A DNA stretch of 64,000 bases from Promethearchaeota archaeon. GTDB lineage: Archaea > Asgardarchaeota > Lokiarchaeia > Sigyniarchaeales > SOKP01. The notes beneath the pieces are model-generated. The model was not told where the DNA came from. It worked only from the letters and a program-made list of their open reading frames with translations, and ran no database searches. Positions 21,845 through 33,094 of this stretch are shown here, in pieces. The stretch is from positions 1 to 64,000 of the forward strand of contig JAEOTA010000014.1 in NCBI GenBank assembly GCA_016840085.1, in the 5' to 3' direction. How positions within the stretch are numbered: the stretch's first letter is position 1; every line of letters starts with the position of its first letter. Made by a program: the position numbers and the translations under genes.

Positions 21845-22096
21845 ATGAAAGTTAGTGTAAAATATTATGAAATCTTAGAGAAAAACCTAAGAGAGGAATT
21901 AGAGTGGCTGAAAGAAGAATTTAAAATCTTATTTAATTCTAAAATAGAAAATTATACCGAAAAAGATAAGAGAATGGCAAATAATATTTTAGATTATATT
22001 ATAGAAAATGTCTATATATATGATAATATAATCTTACAAACTTTATTCACTGAAGCTATGGAAAATATTGAAAAAATGTACCCAAACTTATTTTAG
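21845..22096 (+). CDS. Small hypothetical helical protein
   Basis: 83-aa ATG ORF in an otherwise intergenic gap. Confidence 0.65.
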   Translation: MKVSVKYYEILEKNLREELEWLKEEFKILFNSKIENYTEKDKRMANNILDYIIENVYIYDNIILQTLFTEAMENIEKMYPNLF

Positions 22097-22127
22097 TCAA
22101 TCTTTTTAATCAATTATTCTTAACCAA

Positions 22128-23777
22128 TTATAAATTTATTTTCTTTAAAACAGGATATCTTCTCCCAATTCCAAAAGCGCTTTCACTAACTTTAATTGTT
22201 TGAACTAATTGTCTGCGCTTAAATTCTGAGTTTAAATAAAGTTTTCTTACTTTATTGATTGTATCTGGTTCATAACCTTTACTTGTTAAATTGTTAAATT
22301 CAGAACCAATCCCATTATCAATAATCTCCTCTAATATTACATCAAGGATTTTATAAGGAGGTAATGAATCGCTATCTTTTTGATTTTCACGGAGTTCAGC
22401 AGTTGGAGGTCTTTCAATAATCCCTTTAGGGATTATCTCTTTCTCTTTGTTAATCCAATTACATATATCATATATTTGAATTTTTAAAAGATCTCCAGGA
22501 ACATTTTTACCCCCACAAGTATCGCCATATAAAGTACAATAACCTACTCCAATCTCGGATTTATTCCCAGTCGATACTACTAGCCAATTGAATTTATTTG
22601 AATAATACATTAAAATGTTTGCTCTAATTCGGGCTTGAAGATTCTCATCCGCTATATTAAAACGTAACTTTCCTAGATTCTTTTCTATATTAGTCTCATA
22701 GACGTCAAATAAATCATCAATAGGATGAATAATATATTTAAGGTTCAAATTCTCACACAAACTACGCGCAAGATTAATACTCTCTTTTGAAGTGAATTTT
22801 GTGGACATCATAATTGCGGTTATCTTATCTGAACCAAGAGCTTTCGCGCAAATATAAGCAGTAAAAGTTGAATCAATTCCTCCACTTAAACCTAAAACGA
22901 CTCCATCAAAAATTCCACTTTTATTATAATAATCATATAAATTCAATTTTAGAGCATTTATTACTTCCTCTCTCCAATCCATTTCATAATCTTTTTCTTC
23001 AATTAGCTGAACATCATTTAAAGGTATTTCAAAAAGGCAGATATTTTCTTCAAATGCTTTTGCTCTAAAAGTTATTTGACCAAATTTATTTGTAATAAAA
23101 CTTTGACCATCATATACTATTTCATCAAGACCACCAACCATATTTACATATATGATAGGTACAGAAAGAATCTTAGATTTTCTTTTAATTAAATCTCTCC
23201 TTAACTGAAATTTATTTATATGATAAGGAGATGCATTTATAACGATTAAAAATTCGGCTCCATTTGCTACTAAATTCCTTGCTACTTTTATATCATAATG
23301 CTTATCCCATATATCTTCACAAATTAATATTCCTACGTTGTATCCTTTAATTTCCACAGGATCGTATTTATCATCAAATGAAAAATATCTTCTCTCATCA
23401 AATACATCATAATTAGGTAATAAGCGTTTATTCACGTGAGCTTTTATTTCATTATGATCAATAATAACAGCAGAATTATAAAACCGTTGGATTTTTCCCT
23501 CTAATTCTTTTGGTTCTGTAAAAGTTCCTAAAATTATTGTCGCTTCCGTTTCAATTTCCTTGATTTTTTTAATAGATTCAAGATTTTTATTTTTAATTAA
23601 TGGATCATGGATATGATCCATAATTGGATAGCCAACCAGCACCATCTCAGGAAAAACTATAATATCACATTCTTGATTGTTTTTTATAATATTGGTTACT
23701 TTTTTAGTGTTATACTCAATATCTCCTACAATAGGATTAATTTGAGCAATAATAATCTTTAATTTTGAATTTCGCAT
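22128..23777 (-). CDS. nadE: Glutamine-dependent NAD+ synthetase
   Basis: Nitrilase domain (FPE, K..LPNYDVFDE, ICEDIW) plus SGGIDS, ENLQARIR and TGNKSE. Confidence 0.97.
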   Translation of the reverse strand: MRNSKLKIIIAQINPIVGDIEYNTKKVTNIIKNNQECDIIVFPEMVLVGYPIMDHIHDPLIKNKNLESIKKIKEIETEATIILGTFTEPKELEGKIQRFYNSAVIIDHNEIKAHVNKRLLPNYDVFDERRYFSFDDKYDPVEIKGYNVGILICEDIWDKHYDIKVARNLVANGAEFLIVINASPYHINKFQLRRDLIKRKSKILSVPIIYVNMVGGLDEIVYDGQSFITNKFGQITFRAKAFEENICLFEIPLNDVQLIEEKDYEMDWREEVINALKLNLYDYYNKSGIFDGVVLGLSGGIDSTFTAYICAKALGSDKITAIMMSTKFTSKESINLARSLCENLNLKYIIHPIDDLFDVYETNIEKNLGKLRFNIADENLQARIRANILMYYSNKFNWLVVSTGNKSEIGVGYCTLYGDTCGGKNVPGDLLKIQIYDICNWINKEKEIIPKGIIERPPTAELRENQKDSDSLPPYKILDVILEEIIDNGIGSEFNNLTSKGYEPDTINKVRKLYLNSEFKRRQLVQTIKVSESAFGIGRRYPVLKKINL

Positions 23778-23899
23778 CTGTCAATCGCTCTAAATAAATT
23801 ATTTGTTTTTTTTTATAAATATTTTGTACTTAGAAATAAGTTTTAAAAAATTTTTAAATTAATCTTTAAAAGATTTATAAAAAAGATTTAGAAAGTAGA

Positions 23900-25252
23900 T
23901 TACAAACGAGTAATATATCTATTTCTCTCCCATTCACTTACTATTACTCGATAGGCATCATATTCTTCAAGCTTAGCATAATAATAATTTTTAAATGCCA
24001 ATTCTCCGAATACCTCCTTCATGAAATCTGAATATCTAAAATACTTTAAAGCTTCATTTAGACTTCCCGGCAATGAAATAATTCCTTCTTTTTCCATTTC
24101 TTTTGAAGATAAATGGTATACATTTCTATCAGTTGGTTCTGTAATTTCAATATCTTCTGATATGATTCCATCTAACCCTGAAGAAAGAAGTACAGCAAAT
24201 TGGAGATATGGATTCCCTGAAGGGTCAGGACAACGGATCTCTACCCTAGCGGCGCTAGACTTACTATGAAAATCTGGAACCCTAAGTAGGGGGGACCTAT
24301 TTCGGAAACCCCATGCTAGATAAACGGGAGCCTCATATCCAGGAACTAATCTCTTATATGAATTTGGCCAGCTACTCAAAACAGCACACATTGGAATTGC
24401 ATGCTTTAATTGCCCTGCAATCCATTTTTTCATCAAAAGTGAAATATTATCATTATCATTTTCGTCATAAAAGACATTATTACCGTTCTTCCAAAGCGAT
24501 TGGTGGACATGCATTCCAGAACCGTTAATTCCTTCAAATGGTTTTGGCATAAAAGTTCCTATTAAATTATGTTGAGCTGAAACTGTTTTAACAATAGTTT
24601 TAATTGTTATTGTATTGTCCGCAGTATTAACCGCTTCATCATATCTAAAATCTACCTCATGTTGACCGAATGCAACTTCATGATGTATACATTCAACAGA
24701 AATCCCCATAGCATCACAATATTCCGCTATTCGATATCTTATCATTTCATTTATATCATAAGGATCATAATCGAAATACCCTCTCATGTCTGAGGGTTTA
24801 AACGCCTCCTTAGTGTCTGGAGTTAATATGAAGAACTCCATTTCTGGAGCACAATAATAATCATACCCTAGTTTTTTTGCTTTATTAACAGCTCGTTGTA
24901 ATATTCCGCGAGGGTCACCTTCATATCGTTCTCCATCCGGTTTATAGATATCACAAATCACCCTCGCAACCTTATTTTCTTTTCTCCATGGCAAAAGATA
25001 GAATGTGCTTGGATCAGGAAGCGCGACTTTATCACTCTCTTCAATCGCTCCGTACCCCGTTATCGAACTTCCGTCGAAATTTTCACCTACCTCAAAGATA
25101 TCCTCAATCCTATTTGAATTTATTTCAAAAGATTTAATAAGTCCATGGATATCAGTAAATTGAAGATAAATAAATTTAATATCTTCCTCTTTTATCTTCT
25201 TGATTACTTTATCACACATCTCTTTCCTTTTTGGATCATCTTTTTCAATCAT
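23900..25252 (-). CDS. glnA: Glutamine synthetase type I
   Basis: FDGSSI, HHEVA..QHE, FMPKP...NGSGMHVHQS, NSYKRLVPGYEAP. Confidence 0.98.
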   Translation of the reverse strand: MIEKDDPKRKEMCDKVIKKIKEEDIKFIYLQFTDIHGLIKSFEINSNRIEDIFEVGENFDGSSITGYGAIEESDKVALPDPSTFYLLPWRKENKVARVICDIYKPDGERYEGDPRGILQRAVNKAKKLGYDYYCAPEMEFFILTPDTKEAFKPSDMRGYFDYDPYDINEMIRYRIAEYCDAMGISVECIHHEVAFGQHEVDFRYDEAVNTADNTITIKTIVKTVSAQHNLIGTFMPKPFEGINGSGMHVHQSLWKNGNNVFYDENDNDNISLLMKKWIAGQLKHAIPMCAVLSSWPNSYKRLVPGYEAPVYLAWGFRNRSPLLRVPDFHSKSSAARVEIRCPDPSGNPYLQFAVLLSSGLDGIISEDIEITEPTDRNVYHLSSKEMEKEGIISLPGSLNEALKYFRYSDFMKEVFGELAFKNYYYAKLEEYDAYRVIVSEWERNRYITRL

Positions 25253-25351
25253 TTTCTAACCTTTTATCATTCTTTATATTTTATTATTACACGATAGTTT
25301 GAAGATTTGAATAATAAATCCTGATTCATTTTTATTATATCGTTTAATTTT

Positions 25352-25795
25352 TTATTCATAAATCAATAAATTATTTGCTTCTCTTCCAAAAATCCTTGAA
25401 CTTTCAGTCCTTAAATCTTTACGTGGTCTCAATTGAGAAAAATAATCTTTTTCAGTGCAATAATTATTAAATCTAATATTTGACTTACAATTCAACTTAA
25501 AATCTTTTCTGAGTTTAAATTTCCTAAACTTTGGCTCAGAAGCAATTTTAATATATGCATCATTTACTTTTTGCTTTCCAAATACTATGGAATCAAACCC
25601 TAAAAAAACACCAGGATTCCATTTTTGAATATAGAACTCATCTATATTTGTTAAATTACTGTATTTTGAATAATCTTCACAATCTTGGCAAATTTTACGG
25701 TCATAATAATATTTTTTTCCACATATAGGGCATCTTAATGACATTATTTTCATATCCAAATCTTTTTCTATTATACTTATGAGAATCATACCCAA
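25352..25795 (-). CDS. Zinc-ribbon hypothetical protein upstream of glnA
   Basis: CPICG...CQDC. Confidence 0.6.
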   Translation of the reverse strand: MGMILISIIEKDLDMKIMSLRCPICGKKYYYDRKICQDCEDYSKYSNLTNIDEFYIQKWNPGVFLGFDSIVFGKQKVNDAYIKIASEPKFRKFKLRKDFKLNCKSNIRFNNYCTEKDYFSQLRPRKDLRTESSRIFGREANNLLIYE

Positions 25796-25818
25796 TAGTT
25801 TATTCTATAAATAGAATT

Positions 25819-25963
25819 ATGATCATATATATATAAATTTTAACCTTTTTTAGTTCAAATGTTTACATAAATGGAAGATTACATTTATAAATGATCACTA
25901 ATATTTAATTAAAATGATCGATTGATTAATCATACGATTTTTGTCGCAGTAAAAAATGATCAT
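25819..25963. promoter_or_regulatory. Divergent promoter region with repeated ATGATCAY boxes
   Basis: ATGATCAT 25819, ATGATCAC 25891, ATGATCGA 25914, ATGATCAT 25956. Confidence 0.5.
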
Positions 25964-26033
25964 TCGGTCGATTTTTAAGTTTTTCTATGGCCAATTGCAT
26001 ACTTTTATAATTATTATATAACTTTTTAATAAT

Positions 26034-26531
26034 ATGACTGAACAACCTACCCATGAAGATCCTTCTGATTTAGATATTGAGATTCTAAAAAAACTTAGTG
26101 AAGACAGTAGAATCTCACTTCGCCAACTTGCAAAAGATCTAGATGTGGGATCTCCAGTTACAATTAAGAAACATGTTGAGGATTTGGAGAAAAATGGTAT
26201 TATCATAGATTATGGTGCTAAGATTAATTTTGAGAAATTAGGATATGAAATCATGGCTATTATTGAGGCAACTATTTCTAAAGGAAAAATGTTTGAGGTA
26301 GAGGAAAAGATTGCTGAAAATCCTAATGTTTTTGGCGTCTATGACATCACAGGAACATATGATGCTCTTATTTTAGCTAGATTTAAAACACGAGATGAAC
26401 TAAGTAAAATGATAAAGGAAATTCATAAATCTCCTAATGTAGAGCGTACAAATACTCATTTTGTATTAAATACCATCAAAGAGGGTATTTCTTTTGCTGC
26501 CTTAAAAGAAAAAGAAAATAATAAAAAGTAA
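26034..26531 (+). CDS. Lrp/AsnC family transcriptional regulator
   Basis: LDIEIL..L.EDSR HTH domain, VYDITGTYD ligand domain. Confidence 0.95.
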   Translation: MTEQPTHEDPSDLDIEILKKLSEDSRISLRQLAKDLDVGSPVTIKKHVEDLEKNGIIIDYGAKINFEKLGYEIMAIIEATISKGKMFEVEEKIAENPNVFGVYDITGTYDALILARFKTRDELSKMIKEIHKSPNVERTNTHFVLNTIKEGISFAALKEKENNKK

Positions 26532-26563
26532 TATACTAAAAGGCTTCAATTTTTTATATTTTT

Positions 26564-27430
26564 TTATTCATTTTTTAGAATTTTTACTCTATTTCTGAAA
26601 TCCTTACGCTCTTTTATCCCAACCTTTACCATGAGCTTAAATCTGCCAACATCAATTTCCCAAGCATTGTTAAATTTATTTGGTATCCGATTTTCCCAGT
26701 ATTTATCTATATTCTTAAGATAGTTCGATAAATCTTTTAATATATCTTTAGAGACACCATAGTCTTCGTGAGAAGGATATATTTCGTTAATATTTTTTTC
26801 ATTGCAAAGTGTAATTAGTTTCTCAATACTGTTTACCATGAGTGAAATATCATCCTTAGGAGGAAGAGGGATAAAGCCATAATGAACGAGATCACCGGGA
26901 AAAAGTTCACCTTTATCTGTGTATAAAGAAATAGATCCTGGAGAATGTCCTGCATTATGAATATATCCAACATCAATCCCTCCTAAATTGAAAACTTCAC
27001 TACCACTCAACGTATTAATCTTTTTTGTAGGTGGTAAAATCAAATTTATATTGCTATAGCGATTTACAACTGTATTTGGTGCCTCTTTTAGAAATGTTAA
27101 ATCAAGATTATTTTTAATAAACATTTCCTCATTTTTATGGATGAAAACCGAATCAAATTCACCATTTCCTCCCACATGATCAAAATGAGAATGTGTATTC
27201 ACCACTTTTAATCTCTTTCCATTTAAAAATTTTTCAATAATAGGTTTGAGTGGAAAGAGACCACAGCCGGTATCAATTAATAAACACTCTTTATTTCCTA
27301 TAATCAAGAATAAATTTGTATACTTTGTTAGATAACGAGAATCAATCTCGTCGAGCTTTTCTTTAATTATAATTAAATGGTCCTTTTCTTTAATTACTTC
27401 ATACCAGTCCTCAGAAATCATATTAATCAT
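26564..27430 (-). CDS. MBL-fold metallo-hydrolase
   Basis: THSHFDH, GHSPG, PGD and PSH motifs. Confidence 0.9.
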   Translation of the reverse strand: MINMISEDWYEVIKEKDHLIIIKEKLDEIDSRYLTKYTNLFLIIGNKECLLIDTGCGLFPLKPIIEKFLNGKRLKVVNTHSHFDHVGGNGEFDSVFIHKNEEMFIKNNLDLTFLKEAPNTVVNRYSNINLILPPTKKINTLSGSEVFNLGGIDVGYIHNAGHSPGSISLYTDKGELFPGDLVHYGFIPLPPKDDISLMVNSIEKLITLCNEKNINEIYPSHEDYGVSKDILKDLSNYLKNIDKYWENRIPNKFNNAWEIDVGRFKLMVKVGIKERKDFRNRVKILKNE

Positions 27431-27580
27431 TTCGTTTTGTATAAAATGTATATTATAATGAAAGAATGATCTATAGTGACTATATTGTTAGTTGGAAATA
27501 TTTATTATTATTTTAAGGAACGTAATTAAAATGAAAAGATAATTTAAATAAAAATTATCTCTTTTTTTTTAACAAAATTT

Positions 27581-27829
27581 TTAGGTATAGCTTATTCTTG
27601 GGTTTAGTATTGCGTATATAACATCGGTTAGTAAAGTTGTAAATATGAAAATGATTGTAATCATAAAGACTAGCGCATTTAACACCCAATAATCGTATAA
27701 GAGTATTGCGTTAACAAATAGACTACCCATACCAGTTAAGTAAAATGTAGTTTCTGTAAGAATAGCTCCTCCTAATAAACCAGTTACTCCTAATCCGATA
27801 ATAGTGACAGTTGGAATTAAAGCTTTTTT
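27581..27829 (-). pseudogene. 3' remnant of an oligo/dipeptide ABC permease (DppB/OppB-like)
   Basis: Frame KALIPTVTIIGL..LLGGAILTETTF..GMG....DY......DVIYAILNPRISYT*; no start codon or N-terminal part. Confidence 0.75.
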
Positions 27830-28365
27830 CTATTTCCGCAATTTTGAGAATTTTTTTCAGTAAGAATAGATTTGTTTAACCCATATTTGATATTTTTATA
27901 TTTAATTCTTTAGTTTATATTCGAATTTTTCTTTAATATCAGATTGTTTTATGATATCAATTTGATTTTCGATTTGTTGATTGTTTTTATTTCTCACTTA
28001 ATTGGTCCAAAAAATGAATATATGCTTTCATGAATTTAAATCCTTTATTGAAATTCCATTAATACGCTAGATAATGGTCATTTTTGAATATTTATTAAAA
28101 AACTAAAAAATTTCGATATTATTAATCAATTAAAAGGAATTTATTATAAACTATAGTTTTTTGAAATTTGTTTATGATGCTTACGTAAAATTTAAATCAA
28201 AGATAAAATATAATGAACATTATTTAAAATAATCACTTATTTTCAACAACTTTTTTAAATGATAAATTTGTTTTTGTCGATTTATCTAGTAAAATTAATT
28301 AAAAAATACAATAATGTTCACATAAATTTATAAATCAGTAAGTATATCATTATATAATAGATAAT

Positions 28366-28379
28366 GGGATCTGGTTCCC
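28366..28379. promoter_or_regulatory. GGGA-N6-TCCC palindrome downstream of a TATA-like box
   Basis: GGGATCTGGTTCCC; TTTATAAA at ~28327; second copy at 35589. Confidence 0.45.
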
Positions 28380-28460
28380 ATAATTCTCATAAAATTATAA
28401 CAAATTAGATCGAAAATAATCTAAAAATCGTTAATAAGAAATACGGAGGAATAAAAAATA

Positions 28461-28670
28461 GTGAATGAAACTATCCTAAGAACTTGGGAAGAGATTTGTC
28501 TAGACAAACTAAGAGAGATTGGAGCAGCATCTGCGCAAGAATGGGCTGCGGCATTAGGATATGAGAATAGAAATGGAGTTGTACATGTCATCAATAGAAT
28601 TAAGAAAAAAATGCCTGAAAAATTAGAAGTCTATTATGACAAAAGACCACGTTTATATAAAGCAATCTAA
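28461..28670 (+). CDS. Small winged-HTH-like protein, first gene of the glutamate synthase operon
   Basis: 69 aa, GGAGG SD, helix-turn-helix-like A..WA.ALG plus RPRLYK wing. Confidence 0.7.
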   Translation: MNETILRTWEEICLDKLREIGAASAQEWAAALGYENRNGVVHVINRIKKKMPEKLEVYYDKRPRLYKAI

Positions 28671-28690
28671 ATATAGAGTATTGAATAAAA

Positions 28691-30340
28691 ATGACAAAAT
28701 TTTCGATGATAACTCATCAGTCAAGTATGATTGGCTCGAAAACTCGAGTTGAGGATTCTTGCGAGTCTGGATTATGCCCAATTTGTATTGCTGATTGTCC
28801 CGTTTTCTGTGAAGTTTCAAAATCAGCTCTTCGCGGTCGAGAAGTGCTGTATCCTCGAAGAGAGTTTTTTGGGAATTCTACTGCGGGTTCCCCAAAAGAT
28901 TTTGGTTTTTCATTTAGTGATTTTCAAATCCAATTTGAATGTCGAGGAGCTCAAGGGATTGAAGCTCATGAAGATAAAGTGATTTTTCCTAATGTCAATA
29001 TCAAAACTAAATGGGGAAAAATAGAACAGGAATATCCTTTTGTTATCGCAGGTTTAGGAAGCACATATGTAGCAAAACGAAATTGGGATGGATTGGCAAT
29101 AGGGGCATCGTTAGCAGGGATAAGTATCACGGTTGGAGAGAATGTAGTTGGGATGGATCCCGACGCAAAATTTGCTAACCATGCTCTGTATCCAAAAGTG
29201 ATTGATACTGTGGATATGAAAAATCGTGTTGAGACCTATAGGGAATTTTGGGATGGGAAGCATGGGGATATAATTGTCCAAAAAAATGTTGAAGATACAA
29301 GATTAAGTGTTTTTGATTATGTTATATCAGACTTAGAAGTAAACTCACTTGAAATAAAATTTGGTCAAGGTGCAAAAGCTATTGGAGGTGAAGTAAGGTT
29401 AGAATCCTTGGAACGCGCCCAATTACTACAGGAAAGAGGATATCTAGTCTTTCCAGATCCCTCAGATCCTATTATTATTGAACAATGGAAAGCAGGATTG
29501 ATTCCCGATTTTGAAAGACATAGTCGAGTAGGATTATCTTCTACTGAGGATGTTTTAGAGGAAATTGATCAAGTTCGCTCAAGTGGCGCAAAAAATATTT
29601 TTATAAAGACAGGAGCATATCGACCAGCAGCAACAGCCTGGATCCTAAGGTTAGGTATTGAAGGGAAAGTAGATGGTATGACATTTGATGGTGCGGGTGG
29701 AGGTACTGGTATGAGTCCCGTAAGTATGATGAATGAAGGATCAATTCCCACAGCCTATTTAGAAGCACTTATAGTTGGATGCCTTGACATGATTAAAGAG
29801 AAAAACCCAAATGCAAAAATCCCCTCTATCGCAATAGCAGGCGGTATTGCAAACGAAACTCAAATTTTTAAAGCGCTTGCCATGGGTGCTCCTTACATAA
29901 ATTGTATCGCTATGGCAAGAGCACCAATTACTGCAGCTATGAAAGCGAAATATATAGGAGAAGTTATTGACAAAAAGGAAGCCACACCAGCAATGTTAAA
30001 GAACCTAGGATTCCCTAAGGATAAAGATCCTAAAAGTTTAACCTTAAGTGAAGCATTTATTGAATATGATAATTTAAGCAGAATTAATAATGGACATCGT
30101 ATTCCTCCTTCGGCGATTGGAGTTTACACTTATTTTGCTAGCAAATTAGGTATAGGTTTAAAGCAATTGCTAGCTGGAGTTCGAAAATTTAAATTAAATT
30201 TAGTAGATCGTCAAGATATTGCATATATATCACAACGAGCTAAAGATGTATGCAAAAAATGGAAATTAGGTATTAAATCTCAGGAATCATTAGATTATGA
30301 GTTAGTAAAAAAAGAAATATACTCTGGAATCTATAAATAA
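28691..30340 (+). CDS. FMN-binding glutamate synthase (archaeal GltB2-type stand-alone subunit)
   Basis: N-terminal CxxCxxxCxxxC, EIKFGQGAK, DGAGGGTG, AGGI and KALAMGA motifs. Confidence 0.9.
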   Translation: MTKFSMITHQSSMIGSKTRVEDSCESGLCPICIADCPVFCEVSKSALRGREVLYPRREFFGNSTAGSPKDFGFSFSDFQIQFECRGAQGIEAHEDKVIFPNVNIKTKWGKIEQEYPFVIAGLGSTYVAKRNWDGLAIGASLAGISITVGENVVGMDPDAKFANHALYPKVIDTVDMKNRVETYREFWDGKHGDIIVQKNVEDTRLSVFDYVISDLEVNSLEIKFGQGAKAIGGEVRLESLERAQLLQERGYLVFPDPSDPIIIEQWKAGLIPDFERHSRVGLSSTEDVLEEIDQVRSSGAKNIFIKTGAYRPAATAWILRLGIEGKVDGMTFDGAGGGTGMSPVSMMNEGSIPTAYLEALIVGCLDMIKEKNPNAKIPSIAIAGGIANETQIFKALAMGAPYINCIAMARAPITAAMKAKYIGEVIDKKEATPAMLKNLGFPKDKDPKSLTLSEAFIEYDNLSRINNGHRIPPSAIGVYTYFASKLGIGLKQLLAGVRKFKLNLVDRQDIAYISQRAKDVCKKWKLGIKSQESLDYELVKKEIYSGIYK

Positions 30341-30385
30341 ATCTTTTTTTACTTTTTGGGTAATTTTTTTAAGTTCTCAACAAAT

Positions 30386-31021
30386 TTATTTTTCTACAAA
30401 TACAAATAAGTGATATGATTCTCCAAACTTAGAAGATTCTTTTATTAATTTAGACCAAATAATTTTAAGTCCAATATTTCTAAGCATTTTAATATTGAAA
30501 TCTTTATCAAACCCACTCCAATACATTGGTATCTCACAGCCAAAAAAATCTTCAGCATAAGATTCTGGATCATCATTACTATGAAAAGTGAGGAGACTAA
30601 CACCGTGTATTTTTAACATACGATAGAAATTTTTTAATGAATCATATTGTTCATCTCTAGGAACATGAATTATAGCATAATAGGATAAGATTCCATCAAA
30701 AAATTCATCAGGAAAGTCAAGATTAGTCATATCCCTGCAAATAAACTCCGCTTTTGGAGCATTTTGCTTTGCTAATTCGATTTGTTTCTCCGATATATCC
30801 ACACCAATCACGTTAAACTTTTCACTTAAATAGCGAGAATATGATCCGTTTCCACAACCAGCATCTAATATTTGACCATCTAAAGGGATTCGAGCCATAA
30901 ATTCATAAAAAGGTTCCATTTCCTCCAATCCATCTCTTTCTAATCCCCATATTTCTTTAATTTTTTCAGCTGCTTTATTATAGCCTTCGCGAACTATTTC
31001 TTTCTTTTCCATATAAAACAC
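30386..31021 (-). CDS. Class I SAM-dependent methyltransferase
   Basis: ILDAGCGNG, GVDIS, YAIIHV. Confidence 0.9.
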   Translation of the reverse strand: MFYMEKKEIVREGYNKAAEKIKEIWGLERDGLEEMEPFYEFMARIPLDGQILDAGCGNGSYSRYLSEKFNVIGVDISEKQIELAKQNAPKAEFICRDMTNLDFPDEFFDGILSYYAIIHVPRDEQYDSLKNFYRMLKIHGVSLLTFHSNDDPESYAEDFFGCEIPMYWSGFDKDFNIKMLRNIGLKIIWSKLIKESSKFGESYHLFVFVEK

Positions 31022-31127
31022 TTTATCAATTAAAGTCTAATAGAATCTTATAAAACCGGATATAATAAAAAAATACTTGAATAGAATATAATAATAAGGT
31101 TGCCGTAATATACTTTTTAGTAGTAAT

Positions 31128-32927
31128 CTACCTCATTAACTCTTCTAATTGATTGACAAAATCTGCATATTGTTTAATTCCTAATTCCCAAAAATCTTGT
31201 TTCGTGATATCTAATCCAACAATCTTTCCTAAATCTTCTGGAGATAAACTGCCTCCTGCTGCAAGAAGTTTTTTAAATTTTGGTACAAATTCCTTTCCTT
31301 CCCTTTTAAATGTTTGATATAATGCATAAACAAATAATTGAGCATATACATAGGGATAATTATAAAAGCGAAAATTTGGGATAAAGTAATGCGGTTTCAT
31401 TGTCCACTCCCAGTCCATCTCTTCAAACCATTCAACAGAATCTCCATATATTTTGTCTCTACCAGCACACCAATATTTAGAAATCGTTTTCCCATCTAGG
31501 TTTTCACCTCTTTCAATGGCTTTATAAAGTTCTTGTTCAAACCATACTCTTGCACTCACTTGGAACGCAGCTTGTCCTGCGTCGTCTAATACATGTGCTA
31601 AAATCGTCATTTTTTCTTCTTTTGAATCTGCCGTATCAAGAAGGAGATCTGTTACTAATAATTCTCCGAAGGTTGATGCTGTCTCTGCTACAGTATACCC
31701 TGGATGAATATTAAAATATGTATGTTCTTCGATCGCTAAATAATCATGAATACCATGTCCAAGTTCATGAATAAGTGTAAAAATCTCATTTAATTCTCCA
31801 GTATACGTCATAAGAATAAAAGCAGATTTACCCTTATACCATGAAGCACAATTTGCTCCATTTCGCTTACCTTTTCTAGGACTAGCATCAATGTGTTTTT
31901 TATCAAACATGTCTTTTACAATTTCAGCAAATTCCGAATCAAACCTTTCATAAGCTTGAATTGCAAGGTTTTTTGCCTGTTCCCATGAATATTTCTTATG
32001 GGACGCAATTGGAAGCGGAGCACGAACATCAGCACAGTTTAAAATTGGTAGATTTAAGATTCTTGCTTTAAGATTTAAGTATTTGTGATAAACTCCTACT
32101 CCTCCTTCTATTGTTCTCATCAAATTATCGATTATTTCTTGAGTGGTATCATTTACTAAGAGACTATCGTGCATAGGGCTATTATAATTTCTTCTCTTGC
32201 TATTTTTTATCCAATCTCCACAAATACTTTTAAGTGCTGAAGAAAAAACATACTCCTCTTTTCCTAACAACCCATAAATAGATTTATTTGCCGAAATTCT
32301 AGTCTCACTATCTGGGTGGGTAAATAAAGCATTAGCTTCTCCATATGACAGCTCTTTATCTTCACCCTCAACATTAACTAGTATTTTTCTGGTATTCAAC
32401 CATTTAGATTGTAAATTACTCCATGCTCTAATACCATATTGATCTTTCTCAAGGATTAGTTGCTCTTCCAATTCAGATAAATAATGAGGATAAGCTCTTT
32501 GTATCTTTTCTAACTTATGTTTGTAATTAGTAAGAATTTGATCATTTATAATATTAATATTTTTCTCTACAAATTTTGCGACCTCTAATTCTAAGAATGC
32601 TAAATCCTTTGATATGTTTGTTACAAAATCTTCGACTCGATTTTTCAATGTTTCACTTTCTGGTATTGTCATATTTGCACTATATAATCTATTTGAAAAG
32701 AGTTTAATTTCATTGAGATCTGCTTGAAATTTTTCTTGTTTTTCAAAAAGTTCTAATAATTTTCCAGAATTAAACTCAGCATTATCAATTTTTCCTTTAT
32801 AATCACTTATGAAATCATCGGCTTCTTTTGAAAGGTTATTCATAGTTTCAGTGATTTTTGGGTCATTATGAGTAGTAAATATTTCAGTTAAATCCCATGC
32901 GATTTCTTTTTCAGTCATTTCAATCAA
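31128..32927 (-). CDS. pepF: Oligoendopeptidase F (M3B)
   Basis: WDL N-terminus, HELGH, AETAS, HYF..FYNYPY. Confidence 0.93.
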   Translation of the reverse strand: MIEMTEKEIAWDLTEIFTTHNDPKITETMNNLSKEADDFISDYKGKIDNAEFNSGKLLELFEKQEKFQADLNEIKLFSNRLYSANMTIPESETLKNRVEDFVTNISKDLAFLELEVAKFVEKNINIINDQILTNYKHKLEKIQRAYPHYLSELEEQLILEKDQYGIRAWSNLQSKWLNTRKILVNVEGEDKELSYGEANALFTHPDSETRISANKSIYGLLGKEEYVFSSALKSICGDWIKNSKRRNYNSPMHDSLLVNDTTQEIIDNLMRTIEGGVGVYHKYLNLKARILNLPILNCADVRAPLPIASHKKYSWEQAKNLAIQAYERFDSEFAEIVKDMFDKKHIDASPRKGKRNGANCASWYKGKSAFILMTYTGELNEIFTLIHELGHGIHDYLAIEEHTYFNIHPGYTVAETASTFGELLVTDLLLDTADSKEEKMTILAHVLDDAGQAAFQVSARVWFEQELYKAIERGENLDGKTISKYWCAGRDKIYGDSVEWFEEMDWEWTMKPHYFIPNFRFYNYPYVYAQLFVYALYQTFKREGKEFVPKFKKLLAAGGSLSPEDLGKIVGLDITKQDFWELGIKQYADFVNQLEELMR

Positions 32928-33094
32928 GAGGTTTAAAATTAGAAAAATTAAAAACCTTTTCTTTATTTGTAAAAAAATTCTATAAGAATTGAAAAATGAA
33001 TTTGTCTTCTATAAATGTTTTAAAAATATAATAATTTTTAAGTGATATTAGTTTGTTTTAAAGTTAGTTCTAATTAATAATGGAGTAATTTGTA

